A stretch of 63,841 bases of DNA, the filler included, from Blastocystis sp. subtype 4 (Eukaryota): the NCBI RefSeq assembly GCF_000743755.1. It is 3 parts of 3 records of this genome, joined end to end, with 100 filler letters (N's around TTAATTAATTAA, not from the genome) between each part and the next. Parts side by side here need not be neighbours in the genome. Positions count along the whole stretch, not along the records: positions 23,267 to 54,512 come from NW_014569373.1; positions 54,613 to 63,841 come from NW_014569194.1; 1 more part is not named here. One strand, given 5' to 3'. Shown here in pieces: positions 52,901 through 63,841 of this stretch (position 1 is the first letter of the stretch; each line of letters opens with the position of its first letter). The notes below the pieces were generated by a model. That model worked only from the letters and a program-made list of their open reading frames with translations. It ran no database searches and was not told where the DNA came from. A program made the translations under genes and the position numbers.

Positions 52901-54261
52901 TTTGTCTTCAACAAGCAAGCGATCATTACAGAATACACTCAGTGTGCTTCGCCACATACTCTTCTTAACATGGGTCACACCAAGCCAGAACCATGTATTA
53001 TCTCTTACATCCAATGGTGTACGAATACACGACTCCTCACCCTTTTCACTCAAACAGCGAATAATAAACGTCTTCTCTTGAATACCTGCTTCAATAGCTC
53101 GTCTGTTCACTCCTCTCAGGGCAAATCTATCTCTCAACATTATTTCATCTCACTTACACTGGCAAAAATGATGCATTATGAGGGAATGACTCAATTCGAA
53201 TCCAGCAGAACAATGTATATCCATTCTTGGGCCAACCACAGGTTGGTGATGCAGTGAGACCGCCTGCAGGTTCATTCCATGAAAAGAAGGATGGAGGGGC
53301 ATTAGCCGGCTGAGCGATTCGAAGCAATGTACTCAGATAGTCTCCGGATCGGAACACACTACCTAATCATCCCTCACCCTGATTCTATACCCAGGCTTGG
53401 ATTCATCTGATTCTGAAGCGAAAGTACCTAATCTGAAGGGCAACAACATCGTTTTGAGATCCTGAGGACGAACATTCTAATCTGAGAGAAAGAAAGAATC
53501 ACTTACATGAGATGCAAGAGTATAGATAAAATCGAAGATGATCTGTACAGTATCTTCCGACCTAGATGAAACCAGAAGATCGCAACTTACAACTCACAAT
53601 CAAAGCTAGGAATTTCCTCTGGCTTGGAGGCATCAAAGACATTGTATTTGTGAATAGACATGAGCATAAATATGAGTTTGCGAAGAATATCCATCTCAAA
53701 GAAAATCTCCACATTGTGAATGCGCTCCTGAACATAACATACAAAATCATTTTCCTACATTCACACAATCAATCATGAATGTCAAAATCTGCTTTTGGAG
53801 GTCTGGAGTGAGTTTCGGCAGAAGACCAAATAGCAAGGTTGGAAGGTACTGCCTCTTGACAATAGCCTTCTTTTTCAGAGGTACAAAGTCTGCCACACCA
53901 TATCTCCACTCAATCCGATCCTCGTAAAGCTTCTCAAGAAGCACTTTCAGTGACTAGATTGTAACACAATAAGTATTCACAATACATCAAAAAGATCTCC
54001 ACAACACTTCTTAATCACGTTTTTCAACCAAACCGAGTTGTACAGAGAAGATAAATCTTTCAATCCAGATCGGAACTCTTCAAGATCCGCTGACTTACGA
54101 TTTTTTACTCTACTATCAAGCTTTTCCCATTCTGCCTATACGTAAGAGAAACGACACAAACAAACAATCCACGATTTATCCATAATGGATTGCATCACTT
54201 CCTTAAAGACTGAGTCTCCGTAGTAGTATTGGGGAGTCACAGTCTCTTCCTTTTCTTGCAT
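46953..54261 (-). CDS. BEACH-domain protein (neurobeachin-like: ConA-like, ARM/DUF4704, PH, BEACH, WD40)
   Basis: [88 protein letters not shown]. Confidence 0.93.
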
Positions 54262-54512
54262 GACCTACATCCACTGTTATCTCTGTTAAGAACAATAATG
54301 GAGTGCATAACCTACTAGAGAATGAATAATTGTCGCATTCTTGTACTAGTAGATAACCGCGGTTCTCTTTTGTACTCATTATCGAAATGGATACTTATGA
54401 TATCCAATTGTTTTGTTCCGATGCACTTTCACTTTGCTTGTTCAACAAACAACCAACCCAAAAACTAGCTTACAATTCATCATCATCATCACTTCCTGCC
54501 TCAGCTCCAGAA

Positions 54513-54612
54513 NNNNNNNNNNNNNNNNNNNNNNNNNNNNNNNNNNNNNNNNNNNNTTAATTAATTAANNNNNNNNNNNNNNNNNNNNNNNNNNNNNNNN
54601 NNNNNNNNNNNN
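54513..54612. other. Assembly spacer N-TTAATTAATTAA-N
   Basis: Same artificial linker as 23167-23266. Confidence 0.95.
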
Positions 54613-56838
54613 TTGTTACTAGTTGTGTTGAATCTCTGATTATTGCTGATCATTTCAATCCTCCAGATATATCATCATTGATATTGAACTATTCATTGAT
54701 ATCATTGAAACGAATTGACATTGGAGATCATTGTTTAAATAAAGTGAATCGATTTGAGATTGATGGATTGAAGGAATTGGAGAGTTTGGTTATTGGAAAT
54801 GAAAGCTTCTATCTCAAAGGTGATACTAGAAAAGGAATGAAATGTTTGATAATGAATTGTGTTCAACTGAGTGAAATTCTCATTGGGAAGAATTCATTCT
54901 ATTGGTATGAATCATTAGAATTGAAGAATCTTCCTTCTCTGATATCCATTCAATTGGATGGTCATGCATTCGGTGAGTGTCATAGGATAGTATTTGAGAG
55001 TATGAATGATTGATGAATGATGAGTGAGATCTAACTCAACTTCAATCCATCACTCTTCTTTATTACAATCTAAGTGGTAATGAGTATACTGCTGAATCGA
55101 ATGAACTGATAATGAAGAGTATGAATGATAATGATGATTGATTAATCAGATCTCCCTTCTCTAACTCTACTCAAAGGAGATGACTACAATTTCAGATGGA
55201 TAGGCAAAGTGATACTGGATAGTGATGATAGATACTTGTATTTGACTTAGATATTCCATCACTCACTGAAGATGGAATTCATATGGGTAAATATGTATTC
55301 GAGAATGTGAAAGAATTGATTAGTTCAAGTATGATTGATTGTTTGATACTGATAGAGATGCTAATTGTCTTGAACATTACATCACTATTAACAGTAATAT
55401 GCCTCCTCCTGAACATTTGTTGTCTCTTCATCCATCAGTATTATGGATATCAGTTACAGATCAAATGAAACAGATTTCTGATAAAGTTGAGTCTATTTCC
55501 ATTCAAAGGAGACTTGGAAGAAAGGAAAAATCATTCAATCTCTCCAGTCTTCATTCTCTCATTACTGTTGAAATGGGATGTGAGGCATTCAATGAGTGTC
55601 ATTCAGTAGTATTTGAGAGTATGAATGATTGAATGACTGAATGAATGAGATCTAACTCAACTTCAATCCATCATTCTTGGATATCAGGCTCTTAATGGTA
55701 ATGAGTATACTGCTGAATCGAATGAACTGATAATGAAGAGTATGAGTGATAATGATTACTGATTGATCAGATCTCCCTTCTCTAACTACATTCAAAGGAA
55801 CTGGTTACAATTTCACTAACATAGGCAAAGTGATATTGGAGAGTGATGATTGATGACTGAGTTTGAATTAGACATTCCATCACTCACTTCAGAGAGAATA
55901 CAATTGAGAAATGCATTTGAGAGTACGAAAGAGTTTTGTTGTTCAAGTATGATAATGGATTGATTCTGATTGAGATGCTGATTCACTTGAATACTACATT
56001 ACTAAGAATAGTCGAGTCAAACCTTCTGAACATTTGTTGTCTCTTCATCCATCAGTGCTATGGAGGTCGGAAACATATCAGATGAAACAGATTTCTAGTT
56101 CTGTTGAATCTATTGTGATTCAAGGCAACATAGGATGCGAAGAGAAGACATTCAATATCTCGTACCTCCCTTCTCTCATCACTATAGAAATTGGATGCTC
56201 TTCATTTCGGAATTGTCATAAGGTGGCTTTTGAGAGTGAGAATGATTGAATGAATGATGAGTGAGATCTGACTCAACTTCAATCAATCACTATTGGATCG
56301 GATTCTTTTATGTTACATAGGTATACTGTTGACTCGAATGAACTGATAATGAGGAGTATGAATGATGGTTGATTGATTGATTGATCAGATCTCCCATCTC
56401 TAACTACATTCAAAGGAGAAGGTGGTAACTTCTTGTGGATAAGCAAAGTGATATTGAAGAGTGATGATTGATGATTGAATATAAACTAGACATTCCATCA
56501 CTCACTCAAGATGGAATTTGTATGGGTGAACGATCAATGTTTTTCGGGATATCACCTTTTTCATTCGAGAAAGTGAAAGAACTGGTCTGTTCTAGTATGA
56601 TTGATTGAATTACTATGATTGAGATGCTGATTCTCTTGATCGATTCATTCGAGAGAGAAGCAAGTTATTAAAGAAAGTACATATTCCGCAGGAGTCAGAT
56701 TCTTCTGACAATCATTTCAATGTTGATTCTTTTTATCAATTCAGACAACAGGAGAGTACTAGTCCAGGAAAGAAGGGATTGAGAATACGAATAAAGAGAG
56801 ATGAGAAAGGGAAGCCCAAGAGAATGGTTCCCAGATAG
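54613..56838 (+). CDS. BspA-like leucine-rich repeat protein (5' part in gap), 12 phase-1 introns
   Basis: LxxLxSIxIGxxxF and NLPSL/NLTQL repeats; splicing gives an open frame to TAG 56836-56838. Confidence 0.8.
55000..56623 (+). repeat. Imperfect tandem repeat, ~618-nt period, ~2.6 copies (4 exons + 4 introns per unit)
   Basis: Homologous intron starts at 55000, 55619 and 56236; shared exon text such as CTAACTCAACTTCAATCCATCA and TCGAATGAACTGATAATGA. Confidence 0.9.
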
Positions 56839-57489
56839 TATAGAAACTGATTATTGTAAAGAGAAGTAGTATGATAATTGATACTATGTTATATAGTTCT
56901 TTGATAGACAGTTTGTTACTAACACATTAATCATATATCATTCAGTAGAGCTCCGTTTTAAACCCCTCAGTATCTACATTTGTCATAATTTCTCTACAGT
57001 ATTTCTCGAGATGAAATGAGGATTGGCTGCTATTTAACACTGCTTTAACAATAGTGTGCTATTATGAATAGTATCCTGTACAGTTACCTAGGGTTGTGGC
57101 CCATGATTTGATCAATTGTCTGGAATCAATTTGTACAGTATGTACCAATTGCTTATACTTTTATCCGTTATAGAATGCTTCTCATCACCTACGTATCACT
57201 TAGCTACTAATACCATACTTGTTACATTTCTTTAAAGTCGGCCTACAGAAGTTCAGTGTCTACTGAATATGATAATCTCAGACCTCCAATAGTAATCTGT
57301 TTATATGCAAACAGTAGCCATCTCTCTTATATCCTCTGTAGATAGTCATATAATTTATTATAAGTAAAATCGTATCAACTTTCAGTAGCCGTATGAAGAC
57401 CCCAAAATGAATGGAATCTGATGTCCCCAGAGAAGTGTTGGATAAACAAGATGAGTGTTAGGTGAGTCTTATTTAAGAAACAATCATAT

Positions 57490-59267
57490 CTATATGATAT
57501 CTCTTTCTACCTGACATAGACCATTAGTGCCATTAAAATTAGCAAGAATGGAGTGAGTAACATAATACACGATAGTACGTCGAGCTCTTGTTATTGACAA
57601 AGCAGCTAGACCAAATGCACTCCCTTCACATACAATTAACGCATCCGTATCTGCTAACAGATACAAATCAACAAGAGCGCTTTTCACTGGTTCATCATTA
57701 CGCAGATTTTGAGAGTGTGATCGTTTGAATGTCCTTGTAACTCCTATTTCATAATTTGGTCCCAGTTTCTGTCGAATATAGTTCTCAGCATATGTAGAAT
57801 CAGTTGACAAATAGATCACTGTGTTGTTTGAATCATAATTCCATTTTCGCATCACTGTTACAATAGTATTGGGATAATCTCTCAATTGAGCCATTGTCAT
57901 CATCTGAGCTTTCTCATGATAATCAGCTAGACATCCTCCCATGCGAACTTGAACTCCCAAGACATACTTCCGAGTGAACAACAACCGCTTACTGTTTTGA
58001 ATCACAGTTTGAAGTTCAGTAGATGGATTGAGAAGAATCCGATGCACATATCGTTTGTAATTCGTATAGGAATCTGAAGACGAAATGATTTCATGATTAC
58101 GCAATGTTAACATGTTTGACCTGGAACTGAGAATCCTGTACGAAATATGACAGTCAACAGTCACCACATCTTCAGATCCCAATACTGAGGTTATTGAACG
58201 AGCTTTGAGACAAGTACTCTTGTCGACTATCTTATATCCAGTGAACAGACTGGACCTGTTGGAGATCAAAAAAGATTGATCAGCTGTTATACAATTGGCA
58301 GTATTCCTCCAGAACGTCAGAGGAAGAGCAACTAGAATGAATTCATTGAATCAAGTCTACTATAAAAATGACGTTTAAGCATAAGAGCATAAGTAAGTGC
58401 ATAAAAGATAGACAGATACTTGTGACCCAGTCCTCCGATATATCCATCATGTAAGATCTTATAGTCATTTGGACCCTTGATCACCTTAAGAATATCCAAA
58501 CATTTCTGATTGTAATCTAGACATTAGGAGATCATTGAATACTGACTAACAGAATCACCCCAATCATAATAGACCTCTTCTGTTGAAGACTGTTTGAATG
58601 AAGATTGTGATATCGTTGGAACAACTATTCCAGCATTCGATTTCAATGAGACAGTATTGAGTGAAGCATTTGGAGATGATGAATAGTCATTACCAATCAC
58701 AGTGGAATTGAACACACTTGTGACTGTGATATTGTATTTGGATTTCAATATCTGAAGGAATCTTCCATCCATATCAATTCGATAGTTATGCTTCTCATCA
58801 TCCTTATGAAACTGAACTGATGAAGGATGCTGAGGATCACATGCTTGATGAATGCCTAAGGACTGAACGAAAATGGAGATAACTGATTGATCTTGTCTGT
58901 GATTCCTTCGATGACTACCAATAGGAATGATACATTTCTTAGTCAAAGAACACTTGACTGTTGGATATATGATATTCTCCATCACTGTTCTATTCCTGTA
59001 GTCAATAATCATATATCCATCATTACAACACCATTTGTCTTTAGTAGAATTCACAACGGTGATCCATTTCATATCCTCAAGATACTGATACGTACCAGGA
59101 TGAGTCCATTTCCGAATACTGTGTCCAGCAGAATTGGAATAGAAACCATTCATTCTGGCACTTCGGATATCCTTATCAATGTTTCCAACGATACTTCCTG
59201 CATCTGTCCATAACACTACTCCTTTGTATTCAGTGATGACATCGAAAATGGTAATGATCTTCCATAT
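57490..59267 (-). CDS. DUF1647-like domain fused to a GT-B fucosyltransferase-like domain (5' end missing)
   Basis: WKIITI...VLWTDAG...THPGTY...KCSLTKKCI...NHRQDQSVISI; a 30-nt intron (58517-58546) joins it in frame to GGLGHK...GVQVRMG...YLSTDS...DLYLLADTD...SAFG. Confidence 0.65.
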
Positions 59268-60490
59268 CTCACCAGTCTCCCATTTAAGTGGTATTCCCTG
59301 TGTTGAAATGCCAAAGAAGAACACAAGTCATCATATTTGTCACAGTTCCTTTCAGACCATATTTGTGATTCACAACAACCTCACTATCAGGCACTAATTC
59401 CTTTATCTTATTCACAGTATCAATTGATCTGTCATGACATTCATTCACCATTACAATACACTTGCCTGCATCTTCATTGAAAGTGCCAACAAGTCCTTCA
59501 TTTGTGTTTTGGCTGTTTCACTAGGATCATACCACCTTGAAATGATATCAAACAACATCCTTTCCAAATCATTGAATAGATACAATATAAGGATGCAATT
59601 CAATACGAGTTCCTGCCTTTACAGCAAGAATACCAATGATGTTCTTCAATGGTTGAATCCACTTCATATACTGTTCTTGTGGATATGAACTATCAGGTCC
59701 AATGCTACTTCTCCTAATCCGAATGTGTTCACAAACTCTTCAAAATCCTTTCCAATCTCTTCTTTATACTCTCCATTCATGATATCAAGTCGAATATCAA
59801 AGAAGAGATTGTAGTACTTATCACCACTTGGTTCAGTATACAACTACTTCATTGGTTTTGTGATATCATCCTTTCTAGAAGCGAATTGAATGCTCTTGAA
59901 CAGATACTCACAACCAGCATGAGCCAGTATTCCCTTGAATTCCTGTGATGAATAGATGATCAGTTTCTTGTCGACTGATGTTCTTATTACAGTCTTGGCA
60001 ACATCAATATCATAGACACAATATCGATTCAGATATTCAATCTGTCTGTGATTTCGATCTCCTTGCTTGAGACTTTGTTATACACTGATTTTGAAGTTTT
60101 CTTCAGGGAATTCCATCTCTTGAGGCTGATCATTCAGATTCAGCATAGGTATTGAACTCAGTAGGAGGATAGTTGGCTGGATTGAAATCATTCTGTTCAA
60201 ATGGTTTGGAAATGAACTTGACGCCTGATAGATTAATGAAGAAGTCCTTGTCAGAGTGTAGATACTCATTGATTCCATCAGTGAGTGTATTTGGTGTGTA
60301 TCCGATCTTCTCAAGTTCTGACTTCAATACCATACAACCATTAAAGTAGTATACACATGTTGAAATGTGAATATCAAGATCTTGAAGCTTCTTATATACC
60401 TTCTTCATTACTTCAATTTCAATGAACTGCATTCAACTACTGATAGTGGAATTGTCAATATCATATTCTTTTGTCAGCCCTATTGATCTT
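59268..60490 (-). mobile_element. Decayed viral/transposon replicase relic: TV-Pol (family A-like) C-terminus + SF3 (DUF5906/D5-like) helicase
   Basis: Intronless, with stops and frameshifts; MQFIEIEVMKKVY...CVYYFNGCMV; YYNLF; Walker A IVSIQ*FGKD; LVGTFN...IVMVNE...KIKELV...VNHKYG...N. Confidence 0.68.
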
Positions 60491-60943
60491 GAGTCTACAA
60501 AGAAGATATTATTCAGATAAGAATTATGCATTTTCCCATCCATTTTCTGGAAGCATAGACCTTATACCACAATCTGTATCATGAGATAGTCAATGAAATA
60601 CCAATCAACTGTTTAATCATCAATTGATTTACAACTAATCCTATTATTTGCTGTGCTTGGATGGTTTCAATCCCTCTGTTAACAGTTAATCACATTATGG
60701 ATACATTTATCATATAGTAATCTTAGTGAACAGAGAATAGTAGTATGAAGTATCATCTGTCTCACAGGTATTAATGGCCCACTATGAGCGGGAATCACCA
60801 AATAGGATGCCATTATAAAGATCCACAATCCAGCTGATTCCCATTAGTTTCACAAATAGTCAATGAAAATAAACTACAACAGTGGTATTATATAATACAA
60901 AAGACAAATAATAGATCAAACAAAGATATGATAATAACGATAC

Positions 60944-62508
60944 TTATATGGAAATAGAAACCATAGACTTGAGAGCAGGAGTGAATAGTGATAAGAAAGA
61001 ATTGTACTCTAAAGGACCTTCATATATCCATCTCTTCCTTATATGTGCCATTCTGGCAATATTGACAGGAAAAGGATCGTAATCATTACAGTACTGGCAT
61101 GCATGAGTACCTAGAAAGCCATCAAAAGTGTTACGAACGATCATCTTCCTAGGACCAGTTTTTATGGCTTCACGTCTCCACTGATAAGCATCGAATAGAG
61201 TGCCATTATGAAGATGTGATTCTCGATCAGAGAAGTCTCCTTCCTTGTTCCTATAACGATTTTCTAGAATCTAATGATTAATAATGAATTGAATGAATAC
61301 GTGAATCACATCAACAGAACGATTATGATGAGAAAGATACGAATTCAAAGAAGGAAGATTATAGGGATAAAGTTCACTGTAGATAAACTCATCTGTATCA
61401 CATAGAATCAGAGATTGAACTTCATATTTGAAGTGATAGAAACAAGAATTGATTTGAGCTTGTTGATTACTACGTTGAATTGGCCATTTATTGATGTATC
61501 CAGACCATTTACTGACATTTCTAGGCCATGTGAAATCGACCAGACGAAGATATCCAGAACGGATCAAACCACCAAACTCAGTAACCAATTGAGGCATTGG
61601 AGTAGCAACATAGAATATAACCATTGATACATTCTGAACACGATAATGAGAAATCCAGAAACGTAGTTCATTAATTGTGTTATAATCAGAGACATAGGCA
61701 CATACTCCCATAGGAGAAGGATGAGGATTGGGAAGTCGAATACAGGCTTTGATGTTGTTATATGGATGATGACGCTTTATGTCAATCAATGAGAATTCAA
61801 TGATATCTCCTTCATTGTACTGAAGGGATGTTGGAACGGAATACTTCAGTACACTATAACCAATATCTCTGTTTCGTCGAGCAAACAAGTTGGGATAACT
61901 TGTATTCAAGAACAGAAGTGTATACTGATTGTGCTGTTCGCTTTCGTAATTATCAAGATGCATCGTACTAATCACAATATAGAACACAAGTGATTGGCCA
62001 ACAACATAGACATCAACATTGACTAAGAATGGCTTAAGAATATCAGGTGTGACAGTCTTGAGATAGCTAGTATAGTCGTTGCATATCGATAGAGTTGGTA
62101 TTACATCATTCGTAGATGAATCTGTGGGAGTATATGCTTCTTTTTTGGGAGAAATAGACGATACATTCTTCGGTAGAACCATAATTCCTTCCTTTATAAC
62201 GATTTGAGAGTTGTTTTCATGAAAGACTGGTATTTGTACAGCTTCATTCGGTTGCTGAAACTGATTTGATTTGTCAACTGAAATGAAACGATTATTCGTA
62301 TCATGAAGGATAGAATAAGATGAAACTAAGCTTCCTCGACCAACACCATAGCGAAGATACAATCCTTCTTGATCCATTCTTCCTCCAGCATATGTGTAAT
62401 TGCGAGCATTGGTAAGTCCAATACTTGTAATGATGGCAATAGCATACCACTACATCATTAGTGGAAAGCATTTCATACAACAAGCAATAGATTGCTACAG
62501 ATATCCAT
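60944..62508 (-). CDS. Glycosyltransferase family 92 (DUF23)-like protein with N-terminal hydrophobic anchor
   Basis: MGVCAYV...LRFWISHYR..NVSMVIFY...QQAQINSCFYHFK...ILCDTDEFIY (DxD); 2 short introns. Confidence 0.78.
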
Positions 62509-62899
62509 GAGCGATTTCAATGAGGAATCAAGATAATAATTAGTGATAAACACTTTATGAAGTGTTTGGGTTTCAATTATGATCTAGAAGGTATTCTGTT
62601 TGTAATAAATGTCAGGTAACGATTGAATGTGTAATGTGGAAATGTATATAAGTGTGTAGATCTGATTCCTATTCGTCAGTTGACTGTATAAAGGAATTCT
62701 CTTTGAATGTAATAGAGAATCATAATATATGTATTACCAAGAAGAGAAATATCAACGAAATCAGAAGAATGGAGCAAAGATTAGCAATTATACGTATAAT
62801 GAATAGAAGGACAATCTTCATTAGAATGAAATCGGTACACAAAACTGCTGCTAATGATAATGTTCAGTCTTTGAAACCAGCATTATATAATTTGCTTAT

Positions 62900-63494
62900 G
62901 TGGATAATATACCTAAAAGGATGCGATATTCGTAAACTGTGTTAAGAATGATTATCAAAGACTCGTAACCATTCATGTTTGCCAGTTAATAGTACTATAT
63001 ACTACTATGTTCTCTTCACAATGACTATTGTGAGATAAGTATAAAACAATCTTGAAGTGGAAATACAAAGAGCCAGAAGACATTACGTTTCTCTGTTGAA
63101 GCAGGTCATAATGTTGGAGTTATTCATACAATAATACTATTATTCCATGGAAGAGATAGACGGAAAATCAATGTTCGTTCAAAGATATACAAAGCTATAA
63201 TGGATCATATCCTTTTTTGATTCATGGAAAAATACTGTAAAGAAAAATGTTGCATTCATAAAGAAGAAGATATGAATAGATGTATTGATCTAAATGGAAG
63301 AAATCAAAGGAATCATAGACAGGATGTCGATCACATCCATCTTCGTCCATATATGTGGCATTAACATACTTGTAGTGTAGTACAGAGTACAACGAATTTC
63401 ATAAGGGATTGTGAGTTCTATGGAATAGATATGGAACGAACAATAAACTCATTCAGATGTTAAGTGAGAAGAATAAGAACTGTGAATATCTATA
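62900..63494 (+). pseudogene. Decayed paralogue of the DUF1647-like domain
   Basis: Fragments NNLEVEIQRARR, AGHNV, RCIDLNGRNQRNHRQD, ITSIFVH and FHK mirror GNIDKDIRSARM, AGHSI, KCIIPIGSHRRNHRQD, ISIFVQ and FHK at 58.5-59.2 kb; many stops/frameshifts; TGTTTGTT at 63499-63506. Confidence 0.65.
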
Positions 63495-63841
63495 TAGATG
63501 TTTGTTTACTAGATACATTTGAATGTTCAAGACGAAAACACAAGAAAGCACTTTTCCAATCTACTTTCTTCATTTCAATCTTGACTTTGTTTCAAATGTG
63601 GAGATCACAGAAACTGGATCAATGTGTAACGAATAGGAATGAAAGACCATATTGATACTCCAGCACTTACATTCTCATTAGGAGCAATGAATTCAAGATG
63701 TCTCATTCCCACAATCATCTTTCCACAACATGAAGATAACACATATCCTCCTCCTGTCATAATTAGTAGCTATCTCTATAGCTGCTGACACTACAATAAT
63801 CAATAATTGAAAATGAGAATGAAGATTCAGATAAGGAACAC

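Noticed and set aside
1..63841. Alternative genetic code as the explanation for fragmented ORFs
   Set aside because: Stops in core genes fall within GT-AG or AT-AC introns; TAA, TAG and TGA all end genes.
1..63841. tRNA, rRNA or telomere repeats
   Set aside because: None recognised by eye; tRNAscan-SE/Infernal would be needed to exclude them.

Overview
Compact eukaryotic nuclear DNA, most likely the gut stramenopile Blastocystis (low-GC subtype; inferred from dense ~30-nt introns, tiny intergenic spacers, the TGTTTGTT 3'-end motif and mitochondrion-related-organelle genes). Positions ~1.3-54.5 kb are a gene-dense core: NFU1, RPL26, VPS13-like, RPS18, an E2, an EP400/EAF1-like gene, an aldo-keto reductase, tandem cathepsin Z, DAD1, three mitochondrial carriers, HSD17B14, dolichol kinase, SRSF1-like, an AGC pseudokinase, PTEN-like, a degenerate acyl-CoA synthetase, CDC45, RPS24 and a BEACH protein. 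After an artificial contig spacer, 54.6-63.8 kb is accessory: a tandem LRR gene with unusual GAG-acceptor introns, a glycosyltransferase cluster, and a decayed TV-polymerase/SF3-helicase (virophage/Polinton-like) relic abutting a DUF1647-fucosyltransferase fusion. Notable RNA processing seen directly: three AT-AC (U12) introns needed to restore frames, and stop codons apparently made or overwritten by polyadenylation. All gene models were spliced by eye and no searches were run; adjacency across the N-spacers is unreliable.
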